Assembly: GCA_964036045.1 (NCBI GenBank)
Contig: OZ038379.1
Coordinates: forward strand, 27,156,001 to 27,220,000
Direction: 5' to 3'
Source of the DNA: Eutreptiella sp. 'Long Island Sound 2002'
Lineage: Eukaryota; Protista; Euglenida
Length of the DNA: 64,000 nucleotides
Shown here: positions 21,201 to 32,190 of the stretch, in pieces
Position numbering within the stretch: position 1 is the first letter of the stretch
Layout: each line of letters starts with the position of its first letter
Translations under genes and position numbers: made by a program
The notes under the pieces: model-generated
What the model saw: only the letters and a program-made list of their open reading frames with translations
What the model was told of the DNA's origin: nothing
Databases searched by the model: none

Positions 21201-22622
21201 TCAGAAGTCTTCTCAATGCTGGAGCTGGTCGTCGTCGCCTGATACCCTGTATACCACACATGTGCACAAGACAGCTTTCTTCTGGGACGCATCCAGACAG
21301 GCACGACAGACCATATACTTCGCTAAGAAGCGGACATGGGAGCAGTGGGACCCCACCTTGTGGGAAGTCCCGCTGAGCCACTACCAAAACGACAAAAAGC
21401 ACACTGGGATCCAAACGAGTGGTAAATCCCGCTAACATGACAACACCAACACCTACGGGAATTCATGGGGGCCCAGCCAGGAGCTGCAGCCCGTATGTTC
21501 ACCCTGGCACTGCCAAAATCTGTACTTATCGCTCTGAACTTCGCCCGCAGCGGCGCTTGGCACATTTGGAACTGGCCTCTTTGATAAAAAAAAATACCAC
21601 ACATGTGCACCCCGCTACGACGGGGTGGCATTCCCAGGCCAGAATGGATCGTTGTCCACCCACTAAGGGCCAAGGTAGCAGGGTGACACAACGTGGGTCT
21701 GCTCAACCGGCCTCTCATGGGAAGCATGCCAGACAACCCTCGTGTGTACCTCGTACTCTCTACTGGATGCAGGTGTGCGGTCTATCCATCTCACTGCCAA
21801 CCGCATACCCTTACACCTTCCACCAATCATCACCAAACTGCCTTTTTAGGTTCGCCTCATGGCGTGGCGGTCACCTCCCCCACTAGAGAGCCCTCTTGTA
21901 TATGCGTATGAGCTTCGGGTCTGCGCCCTGTGCCCTGCTTTGCAGGGATCCACTGTATCATATGCTGTAGTGAGGCCCGCTTGCCAAGAACTATCTTGAG
22001 TACTCTTCGAACTCCCAGAGTCAGCCAAAAAAAAAGAGGTCTCACTCATTATCGCAATCAAATAGACAAATCTCTCCACCAATCAAGAGCGGCCATGCAC
22101 CACCCTCCTGACCTGGTAACAGTCAAATGAAGCCACATACTCCACGCCTTGTTGTGCCATTCCATCAATTCCTTTAAGTTCTAGCCTTGAGACCTTTGGG
22201 GTGGTGGTGCGGTGAACCATGAGGTTGTCCAACACTGTGGGGGTGTATTGTGGCCTGTATAGGCAAGAATATTGCCAATTGTAGCAAAACCCCCCAATTT
22301 CTTCCTATTGTGTGTGTGCTGTGCCAGGACGCCCCCCAAGCCCAAAGCCATCTAGGTACATATGTAGTTGATTCCCACCAGGAACATCATGGGCAAAGTG
22401 TAATTTGTGATGAAAATTCTGTTTGGTGTATTGATTTTGTTGTGATATGCTTCTTAGAGGGACACGCCGGTGGACATTCTACTACTTGTATTTTGTATAA
22501 GCAATGCCTTGTCTAAGCCCGACCCTCTTGGGAGACCCTAATTTTTTGGAACTAAGGCAGTCGACAAGGGGTGGGGGGATACCTGCCATGCTCAGTCAGG
22601 GTCATGGTGTGCTGCTGCTCTT

Positions 22623-23045
22623 TTGCATCTGTTCGTAGATGTACAATTTAGATCCCAGTTTTGTTGTTTGATGATTGAAAACAGTGATGGGCTTTGTCTC
22701 TGTGAAGATGTCATGGAGCGCATCTTCAGTTTCCTCAATGTTATTGAGACCATGGAAAGTCAAGTTGTGTGTCGTTCGTGGTATTCTTTGCTATCTTTTA
22801 TCACAAGCACAGGTTTCTGCCTTCGTCAGACTGTGTTGAAAATTCCATGCCAGTGCTTGCAATCGTCAGGCTGCGTTGCTATTGTCAAAGTCCCCCCTAT
22901 TTTCGGAATCTCCATGCAGATACTACCAGCAATTCCATGTGTCACACTTCAAAAATCATTTTTTTGTTTTTGTTTTCCATATGTGGTGCCTCTCCCTTTG
23001 TCCAAGCAACTTGCGGCATTTGTACTTGAAAGCATTGTGATGTGA
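22623..23045 (+). pseudogene. F-box-motif-containing ORF (probably a degenerate F-box/LRR gene or an isolated exon)
   Basis: LCEDVMERIFSFLNVIETMESQVVCRSWYSLL (22698-22793) fits the F-box consensus LP.E....IFS.L.......VCK.W..L. Downstream CPSNLRHLYLKAL is LRR-like but in another frame, with stops. Confidence 0.5.
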
Positions 23046-24846
23046 TTCTGGAGGGTGACGCCCATTGTGGATCCATGGCCAAGCAGTGGGGTGGTCCTTC
23101 TTGTGAGGTGAGTTTTAACTGTAGTGCTGCTGGTCGTGGTTGCCAAGGAACATACGGGAGCTCAGAGAGGATGCATGGTCAGCTGCCACAACTGTAAACA
23201 AGATGTGGGGCAGTTCCACCGTGCATGCACCGTGCATGCACCGTGTGGCTATTCCTGCAGAATTGCTGTCAAGAGCTTTTCCCCACCACCTCCTCTACCT
23301 CTGACCTCATTGGACCACAACAAGGGGAATGTTGTTTAAACAGTGTGCGCAGAGGAAAATTTCACATGTTGGCAACTATCGAACCCGAGTGTTGGGTCTT
23401 TTCCAGAAGGTGCTGGGGATTGAGTGCTAAGTGCCTTTGGTTCTATCTTTGGCATCCATGTCAGAAGAATTTGTGTGAAAGGGGGTTATAGAAAGGGGGT
23501 GAAGTGTACTCGCGTGACACTTCTTTACACTCCCGTGACACTTCCCCCTATAGGAAGGGAGCTTCATGGTGGATGGGTTTGGTTGGTTGGCACAATATAC
23601 ACTATACACGGTGTACACATAGCTGTTTTACTATGTTACTCCTCACTTCTTCTCACCAGTCCTTCGTCCTTTGCAGGTGGATATTGGATTATGATCACCG
23701 GGAATCATTTCATGGTTAGGTGCATTCATGACTCTCTGTTTGCAACAATGGAGAATGGCGCAACATCGGTGACAAGCACAGCTTAACAAAACAGTAACAT
23801 AAGTCCAATGCATGCTGCAACAAGTGACACACTGGACAATACTGTAATGTGACCACAACGACCACCTGAATCAACAGGCGACGCTGTACCTACAAGACAC
23901 TACAGACATATGAATCCGCACGGAAGTACATGTGGAGACCCCCCTCCCCAACGACTAATACTCCGCACAACCAAGATTGGGAAGTCTCCCTCAATGACCT
24001 GGGTTTCTCAGTTGACACCTACCACCAAACAACGACAAATGAGGGCACACAAGGGCGTCCAGTGTTGAGCTGACGCCCAGTTGCATACCCGGGATTGAGA
24101 TCGACCTGATGTCTCTTCTGAAAGCATTTGCACCAATGATTCATTACACTTGGCACAGCAGGAGGACCGAGGCCAGAACTATGAGTGCATTGTTTCAGAA
24201 ATAAGAAACAATATCCTTTTTTTCTTTTCTGCTCTCTTGGCCCATTGTGCGACCCATTTCCCCTCATGGTGCACGCCAGTGATTTCTGTGAGGATCATCA
24301 CCTGGTACCCCCCCCCCCCCCGTCCTGCCTAGGAACCGCCTTGCACAAGAACCGCCCCCTGGTTCCGCGGTCGAATTCTCGCACAACTTTTTTTACTAGG
24401 GTATTTCATGGTTCTGGTGGATGTAGGACAGCTATTCAGGTGTGCAGGACAACATTTCATGTGTGTTGCTACGGGTCCCCCCATTAGGGGATCCTATCAG
24501 TCACTCAGAGGCGCACATACCCCTTAAACCCCTCCCCCCTGCTCTCGACCCCTTCCCCAAAGCAACCAGCCCCTGACAAGGAAACAAAGTCAGTTGAACA
24601 CAGGGGGCCACTGACAGCACCTCTTTGCAAATTTTATTTTTTCATTTTCGGCGAACCATCCTTTCTTAGTGAAACAGGTGCTGTCTGATGGCTGGGTGCA
24701 TGGCAGGCAGGTTTCACCTTCTTGTCCGACTTGGGGGGGACGAGAGGACGCCCAGGCACTCAAGGGGTCCACCTCTTCCATTCCTTGTTATGTACCATAG
24801 ACGTTCCCATGTACACTGCCGGTGAGTCTGTCTTCTCTTGTTCCAG

Positions 24847-25200
24847 CCATTGTGTTGGGTCCTGGTGCCCAGGCTGAGACAGTGCAGATTGAGTACAAAG
24901 GCAACAAGCGTCTGGTGAAGCACCCAGCTGCTTTAATTGCCAACCTCTCGCGTCCCATTCCCACAATCCCTGATTCTCCGGACTGGGACAGTGTCTTGGG
25001 CTTGGCACATGTCTTCAACAACAAGCTGTTTTTCACAAGGGACATCATGGATGATGATGCAGTCCCCAAGCATTTGAACGTCCCAGAACCCAAGCCTAAG
25101 CCTAAGCCAAAGCTAGCTCCAAAGCCCACCGCAGCACCGAAGCCTGGCCCCAAGGGGCAGCACAGACAGGAATTCAGGATGGTGTATCACAGGAAGAAGG
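24847..25200 (+). CDS. Candidate upstream exon of the HECTD1-like-domain gene (Pro/Lys-rich)
   Basis: Good acceptor tctgtcttctcttgttccAG (24846). The frame AIVLGPGAQAETVQIEYKG...PKPKPKPK...HRKKG is open. A phase-1 donor G|GTTTCA at 25200/25201 is compatible with the phase-1 acceptor at 25564. There is no homology support. Confidence 0.35.
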
Positions 25201-25564
25201 GTTTCACGTTTGAGCCAGTTGAACAGTAGATCATCCCATGCACGTTGGAAGGCACACTACAGCCCAGTCAGCTGAGATTCACTCCTTTGGTGTTCATTTG
25301 TCAACGTGGTTAACTGTGGGAAAGGAGAGGGCGCGCATGTCCCAGCGAAACGCGCCGGAAAAATTTTTTTCCGCAGGACGGGGCTGCCCACGGTCATGCG
25401 CAAGAACCAACCCCTGGTTCCGCGGTCAAATTTTGGGGGAAAAGCGTACGCAAGAACCGCCCCCTGGTTCCGCAGTCGAACATTGCCGGTTCCTGGGCAC
25501 GGGGGGGGGGGTCATGCAGCAGAACACCTATCAAGGTGGTGTCAAAGTCCTACCCTCTTTCCAG

Positions 25565-25670
25565 GTATAAAATGCAAGCAGTATGAACATGATTGGGATA
25601 CAAACGGGATCTTCTACAACTTGGGCACCAAATTTGGCCAGCTTCCATGGGACATTGAGAGGCTGGGCAG
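25565..25670 (+). CDS. Internal exon 1 of a HECTD1-type galactose-binding-like (SUN/F5-8C-like) domain
   Basis: Acceptor ctctttccAG; donor AG|GTGTGC. Peptide IKCKQYEHDWDTNGIFYNLGTKFGQLPWDIERLGR resembles HECTD1 HDFDENGIIYWIGT..W. It ends in phase 2, matching the exon at 29858. Confidence 0.8.
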
Positions 25671-26279
25671 GTGTGCTACGTGATGTGTCCCTGCCCCCTG
25701 CCCCCAAGTGGTGCTCCTGGTGCCATGCGGAACTCCCCTTGGAACGTATATGCCTGCTGCTGCGTGCTTGTTCAGTTGGCAGGATTGAGGTTTTCAGCTG
25801 CCGATGAGCATGTGGCAGAGCCATGCAGGCAGATGATGGGGTGTGCACAAATGGTTGGTCGTTGTTACGGTGAGGTCACACCCATGCCAGCTCGCACGGG
25901 GGGCGCCCAGGTGCAGCCCCCCCCCCCCCCCCCCCTCCCAGGGACCAAAATGTTTAAATGGTCCCAACCATAGTACAGGGCAATATGGAGAAGTTGGTGG
26001 GCGCCACAGGTGCCGGAAAATTTTGGTGCCCCATTTGAAGGGGTTGGTAAAACCCGTCACCCCATTTGTTTGTACTCAAAATGCTCACTTTTTTCTTGCC
26101 ATTTCCTGTGGACCCCCAAGAAGGCAGGATTTGTGCAGCCAATTCTCATTTTGAGGCCACATTGATCTTTCCCATATGGGGACAGATGGGCACAAATGCT
26201 GTCTGTTGAATAAACATGTTAAATAGTTTAGCCCTTGTGGTGATGCTCAAGAAGGTAGGGGTTATATTGCTACTAGAGG

Positions 26280-26760
26280 CGGTAGGGGTACCCCTTTGCT
26301 TCCCTTACATCAAACCATCCATGCTTTGAGCGCTAGATTCGCAAGACGAGGGGGAGCACCTGACGCGGCGTGCGCGCGGCGCGGAGATTTAGCGGTCTTG
26401 GCCTGACCAAACAGCTGTAGCTTCTGCCCCGGGGGCCTCTTGTCTAGGGGTTTTGAGCCTAGTCCGTGATACTTTGGAGTTGAACTACTGCACTGAATTG
26501 TTCCATCAAACCGTCTATGCTTTGAGCACCAGATCGTGCAAGAAGGGGCACTATACAAATATTCTTTGTTGCTCTTTGAAGATCTTGCCCTCGAAGCTCA
26601 GCCCCGGCACGAGGTAGCGGTCTGTGTGGGGCGAACGAGCCAATGGCCCAAAATACTGTCGGACCCGGCGCTCGTTTCCGTGGTGTACATCGCTTTGAAG
26701 ATCCCGTGGGTACAACGGCAATCGTACCGAACTGTGGACTATGTCCTTGAAGGTACGGTA
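26280..26760 (-). pseudogene. Degenerate coding-like repeat, with a diverged second copy at ~37690-37810
   Basis: Minus frame RYLVPGLSFEGKIFKEQQRIFV*CPFLHDLVLKA*. The DNA cagatc..gcaag..atatt.tttgttgctc.ttgaagatc..gccct.g..gctcagccc recurs near 37730-37800. Family not identified. Confidence 0.35.
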
Positions 26761-26811
26761 TGTATTGTTGTGTTGTTCTATGCCATCCCTTTGCGATGGG
26801 GGATTGTGACA

Positions 26812-26875
<64 letters not shown>
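26812..26875. repeat. (TTG)n microsatellite, ~21 units
   Basis: Direct inspection. Confidence 0.98.
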
Positions 26876-26876
<1 letters not shown>

Positions 26877-28396
26877 GCTTGGACTGTAAAAGCGACCAAC
26901 AATCCACACGTAAAAGAGGTCTCTCCGCAGTCAACCCCCCCCCCCCCTCTCCCCCCGGTAGAGGGTGTGGGTAGCTACAACCACCGTGACGTTGGTGAGG
27001 AGGCAGAGTGGACACCTCCGTTGTTGTATGCTAAGCCTTAGAGGGGGGTGGTGTTTGCCCCCCCCCCCCCTTTCAAGCGGCCAAAATGTTTAAGGGGTGT
27101 CGGGGTCAAGGACTGCACCTGGGCGCCCCCCATGCCAGCTCGCTTGCCTCATCCTCAACCTCATTTTGGATGCAGCTTGGTGCACAGGTTGACAACAAGC
27201 ACTGCAGGAATGTTGCTTACGCTCGGCCTTATACCCAAGCGACTGGCTTTCATGGGTGGAAAGTGAGTTAAATTCTATTGACGGAATCCATGCGACAAGA
27301 AGTTGTGTGGTAGGAATGTTTGGAGGTTGTACCTCGGCTGCTCAGTCCTCAATTCGTTGGTCCCCACCAGTTCAAAGTCAAAGGACCAAAGCTGCACATT
27401 CTCTTCTTGTCTCTTATGCCTGTGCCATGCTAGAATTGGGAGCACAAGAGGTGGTTGAAGCTTTTGGAGGGTTTCCTCCCTGGTGGGTTTTTGGCCACAT
27501 ATGCACGAAGTGTGCACACGACATTCCCTGCGAGGATCACAGGGTAGGTAGAACAAGCCCACCTCTTTGAAGGTTTTGGAAGGTATACCGCGAGAGTAAC
27601 AACGTGCCGGGCATCTTTTTTCGCCACTTCTGATTTCTACCCCTGTTTTGGGGGTAGATTTTACCCCTCTCTTGGCATGTGCCAGATTGCACTGGTTACA
27701 TATGGATGAGTGGGTGGGTGGGTGGGTGGGATGGTGCGCCTCATGGACTTGCCCCTTTTCAGTCGGGGATATGGACTGGCCCCTTTCCGGTCGGGATCCT
27801 CACACCTCTTTTGCTAGTTGTTATGGAGGTGAGCATTGGGGACATTGTGTTCTACATCAGTTGGGAAAGTCGGGACAGTTAATATAAAAGTAGCGCGCTG
27901 GGCACACGCCGGGCAAATACTCCCCCACCGTTCCATTGGTGGCCAAGAACACTGGTAAATAACCCGAATCTCCGAGTTTTACCCTGCAGACTGTGTGTTG
28001 TGTGCACACTGTTGCATTGATGCACAACGAGGATTTAGCCACCAACCACATTGCCAACCAATGAATACAATTTTTGGACAAAAGCGGCTGCTTCAGGAAG
28101 TGTTGCGCAAAGGCAAATGAAGCCTGCGCCGAGACATTCAGGTGGGCGTCATGGGTTCAGGCATGGGTCCATGGTAAAACTTAGTAAAAAAATTTTTACT
28201 AAGCTTCAAAACTTAGTAAAAAATATTTATTTACTAAGTTTCCTCTGGGGGTGGGTTTTTTACTAAGTAATTTACTTGGTAAAATTTTTTTTCTTTCTAC
28301 TAAGTAAATTACTTACCCCAAAAAATAAGTTTCCCACTTCTGAGTGCCACTGGGCCCACTTGTGGGCCATTTCTGATATTGTCCCCCCACTCTAAA

Positions 28397-28680
28397 AATC
28401 ACGCTTTGTTGTGCGGCCCCTTGAGTTGGGGTTAGGGACTCGCAATCCACGCTTTGTTGCGTGGCCCCTTGAGTTGGGGTTAGGAACTCTCAATCCACGC
28501 TTTGTTGCGTGGCCCCTTGAGTTGGGGTTAGGAACTCTCAATCCACGCTTTGTTGCGTGGCCCCTTGAGTTGGGGTTAGGGACTCGCAATCCACGCTTTG
28601 TAGCGTGGCCCCTTGAGTTGGGGTTAGGGACTCGCAATCCACGCTTTGTAGCGTGGCCCCTTGAGTTGGGGTTAGGGACT
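28397..28680. repeat. Six tandem copies of a 48-bp unit containing GGGGTTAGGG/A
   Basis: aatccacgctttgttgcgtggccccttgagttggggttagggactcgc starts at 28397, 28444, 28492, 28540, 28588 and 28636. Confidence 0.96.
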
Positions 28681-28703
28681 ATGTCACAAATTGTGCTCAG
28701 ATT

Positions 28704-29300
28704 GTGGTGTATTACTGGTGGGTCGCCCAAACCGCTCTCAGTGCGGATTGGGACGCAATGGGTGTGGCGTGGGTTGTCCGCGACTCTTTGTGGAATGCCT
28801 CATGTGCCAGTGCACAACGCCGAAAACAGTTGGTTGGATCGTGGGCAGAGCGCACTTTGGAAGCGTCGCCCATAGATATGTCTTTCGCACCACCCCTGAT
28901 TGTGGCTCAGGTGTATACTTTGAGCAATTCGCATTGGGTGCTCCGCTTGTTGTTGATTGCCCCAACTTGCGAATACCTTTGCCTTAAGTTTGACCCAATG
29001 TGTGACCGGCCACACATTGTTGGGGCAAACCAGGAGGAGTTGGCTGTTGTGGATTTGATTGCCGAGTGAGAAGGCGTTGAACCATAGCAGCGGAAGAAGT
29101 GGTCAAAGATTTTGGATGCTTTCGGTGCCCTTGCATTTGCAATTGCACCCCTGTATTCCACCTTCATACAGCAGATTGATGGTGTCAGTTGCCATCCGGC
29201 ATGTCTCTTGACATTGCATTGTGCCTTGTCTCGGCGCGTTGTCAAGGGCATATTGCAAGTGCCACAAGATCATTTTGCACCGAGCTGTAAGGGGAGTTGA
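28704..29300 (+). pseudogene. Ulp1/C48 (SUMO-protease-like) peptidase domain, two in-frame stops
   Basis: One frame has SNSHWVLRLLLI (His 28932), LKFDPM (Asp 28992) and FIQQIDGVSC (Cys 29190). This is the H-D-Q-C order and approximate spacing of C48 peptidases. Stops at ~29067 and ~29082. Confidence 0.6.
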
Positions 29301-29857
29301 AAACGGCTCTGTTTGGGATGTGCACCCCACAGTGCGAGGCAAACCGCGCCATGCAGATACCAAGGCTGACTTGATTTTCAAGTGTGTCTTTTGTAACTAC
29401 TTGTAAGTAGTTGGCACAGATGTTGGTCATGGCCCTGTCAGGACTCTTTTCTTGAGCCTGATTTTGTTTCTAGTGCCCGACCCCAATTATATTTTGTTAT
29501 GTTGGCCGAGTGCCAACTAATTGGTGTGCATGATGGTTTGGCCTGGTGGGGTGCCACTAACACAAGTGGCCGAGAATCGACTCGGGGGCCTTGTGCCCTT
29601 AAACAAAAGTACTACCTACCATCGAAGTGTTGACTACCTTGTTTGTTGTACCGGGGGGGGGGGGGGACTTAGTTGACCGAGGTAAAACTTAGTGAATATA
29701 AATTTACAAAAAAATTTTCAAAAAAATTTTAACTAAGTTTTACCTCGTTTCTACCAAGTTTTACCAACTTTTACTAAGTGTTACCTCGTCCGGTACTAAG
29801 TTTTACCAAATACCCTCCAGGCACTCCCCCTGAGGCCCATGCTGCATGTCTCTGCAG

Positions 29858-29962
29858 GTACGTATCAGTCTGTGACCATAAGGGGAAAAAGTCGCGAGTC
29901 AGATCCACATTGACGGCATTCAACAACGATAATATTGCACTGCTCCACCGACAAAGCCAAAG
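29858..29962 (+). CDS. Internal exon 2 of the HECTD1-type domain (105 bp, phase 2-2)
   Basis: Acceptor catgtctctgcAG; donor AG|GTTCTG. Peptide YVSVCDHKGKKSRVRSTLTAFNNDNIALLHRQSQR is in frame with both neighbouring exons. Confidence 0.72.
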
Positions 29963-30262
29963 GTTCTGCCCTCCCGGAAGTGTTTGCACAAGCGATGGGG
30001 GCCATGCGTTCCGTCATTGATGGTAGGGTCATGGCCCGGTGCACCCACTCTCGTAGATACTCTGCTGTCTGCATTATTCCTTAGGCCCCCCGACATTTGT
30101 GCACCCATTCCTCTGGAAGCAAGCGTCGAGGGATCATCTGCCCAAGAGGGACCGGGCCCCAATCCGTCACAATCCCTGCACTTCAGTCTGGGGGAGGTGC
30201 TTGAAGCTTGGCCCCCTTCCCAGATTTTCTATTTGGCCTCTGCGCGCACCTGCCCATTTCAG

Positions 30263-30538
30263 GTGCTTCTTAGGGGACGGATGGGCTCGCATCGCCGGAA
30301 AAGCCTATTTTGAAATCGACCTGGGGCAGCATTTCCGCGTCATTCCCAACTACTACACGCTGCGGCACGGCTCCAGTCAGGGAAGGGCCCCGCGAAATTG
30401 GGATTTATTAGCGAGTCAGGACAAGAGGTCATGGCGCATGCTGCGACAGCATCGCAATGACGAGTCCTTGCATCCAACGGCAGGGTCCACCGCAAGTTGG
30501 CCCCTGGAAGTGTCTGACGATGATGCTTCAGGCTTCAG
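30263..30538 (+). CDS. Internal exon 3 of the HECTD1-type galactose-binding-like domain (276 bp, phase 2-2)
   Basis: Acceptor cccatttcAG; donor AG|GTGCTC. Peptide AYFEIDLGQHFRVIPNYYTLRHGSSQGRAPRNWDLLASQDKRSWRMLRQHRNDESLHPTAGSTASWPL matches recalled HECTD1 AWFAIDLG.WVIPSAYTLRH...ALRNW.FQVSKDG.NW....H.DD.SL..PGSTATWPL. Confidence 0.88.
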
Positions 30539-30989
30539 GTGCTCGCATTGTTGTCCCGTTTACCAGGGCACTCTTTTAATTTACCCCTTGTCCAAGCTAC
30601 AATTTGTGCATGTATGTTGTATGTGCAGTTGTGCACAGCCATACCTTTGTGCAGTCTCTGGTCTGCCCGGGGTCAGTGGCGCCAGTACACATGGACCCGT
30701 TCTGGTGGTGGGCGGGAAGAATGGGGTTGGTGCTGGAGCTGAGCGCGGTACCCTATCAGCAATTGGCCCCGATCCCCCTGCCTAACCCATCCTTTCTACA
30801 AGCACGTCTGAAGGCGTATTCCGTCATCCGCAAATGGGGGGGCGGGGACATGCCCGCAGCCCCCCCCCCCCCCCTCCATGCACCCCTTTGTTACCAATCT
30901 GGCATTCGTCTGTGTTTCAAAATTAACTTTGCCTAATGTACTTCTTGCCGGTGCTGCACCAACACGAGGTGCTCCTTTGCTGGTATGAC

Positions 30990-32190
30990 CTTATCAGTGG
31001 CAAGGACATCCGCAGGGAATTATATCACAAGATTGCGCCAACATTACCGACTGTGTACACGCAATTGGTGCGGCACGTGATCAAAATGTTTCGGCCCAAT
31101 TTTGAGGTGCCACACTCGCCACTGTTGGAATAATGGGGACAACAATGGACACGACAAAGCATGCTGCTGTTTGTGCAGCACCGCACGCGCCCGCAGTGCG
31201 ACAGCCACCGGGGGTGTGGCGAGCGTACAATAATATGTATTTACCCAAATGGGATTTGGATTTTATCAAATGAGGTTTGTGGAGGAAATTACCAGTGGGG
31301 GTGTGAATGGAGCGCATCGAGGGGAACATGTGCCCTTTGGACGGGAGGGTAGAAAACCACGAGCATGTGCTGCGACATTATCATTTTTCCTCGGTACTGT
31401 TTGACATTGTGAGAAAAGCTTTTGGGCTGGTGGGAACAGACTCCAAGCTGATTGCGCCCAGCAGGCTGTTGTGGGCGTTGGCAGCCGACACTCGATGATT
31501 TTATGGCGCAGTGGTTGGGAGTACTGGAGGCCTAGCGGCCAGAACGCAACTTGTCATGCAACCGTGGCGACCTACAACACATCACTGAACAGCTGTATGG
31601 GTGATATTCTAATAAGCTCGTGTTCTGGAGGGCGCCTAAGCCTCCCACAGCAGCGTACAGACCGCTGGTGTTGGACTGAAAGGCGTTAAAGAAGGCTAAG
31701 TGGGGGGGGTATAAGAAAAAGCTGCTGTAGGAGCTGACTCACCTCTCGGGGTGGCGTTGTACAGTGGCCTATATGGAAGGATCAACAAAGCGGGTGCGGG
31801 GCTAGATGCAAGCTGGGCACGGGGTGTGGTATGGGGATGCGCCAGACACAAACTTTCACAGCTCGGTGCCTCTGCATGAGTGCCAGAGCATCAGTCAGGG
31901 GGGAACTACTGGGGGTTGTGCATGCATTGTTGCAGAGACGAGGGGAGCGGTTGGTCATGGTGATGGATTCAGAGTATGTATACAAAGGGTGGTGGAGTGG
32001 TAAGCAAAGTGGATGCGCCACAGGCGGAGGTGCTCCACAGGGGAGGTGGGGCATTGTGACCTCTGGGAGTAGATCCTCTGGCTGCGGGAGGCGGGGGGTA
32101 TGGGACAGTTCAGTGGGGTAACGGTTCGTGTTCTCTTGACCTCCAGTAGTTTCGTGACAACCTGATGGTTGCCGCTAGAGGCCCCTGCTC
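30990..32190 (+). mobile_element. Degenerate 3' part of a non-LTR retrotransposon: zf-RVT-like motif + RNase H
   Basis: LWRKLPVG..CPLDGRVENHEHVL (~31280-31375). RNase HI-like AYMEGS..AGHGVWYG..QSISQGELLGVVHAL..LVMVMDSEYVYKG..DLW (~31770-32070). Multiple stops and frameshifts. Confidence 0.75.

Larger units (their letters stand above)
28173..29807. mobile_element. Putative non-autonomous DNA transposon relic bounded by a 14-bp inverted repeat with clustered subterminal copies, carrying a decayed Ulp1-like protease
   Basis: ggtaaaacttagta (28173-28186) is the exact reverse complement of tactaagttttacc (29794-29807). Further cttagt/actaag copies in both orientations occur at 28180-28310 and 29680-29790. 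No target-site duplication identified. Confidence 0.5.

Noticed and set aside
28335-28352. acttctgagtg, resembling the start of the euglenid spliced leader
   Set aside because: Only about 11 nt match, with no following SL exon/GT donor or Sm site; it also overlaps an 85-bp-repeat-like ccacttctga fragment.
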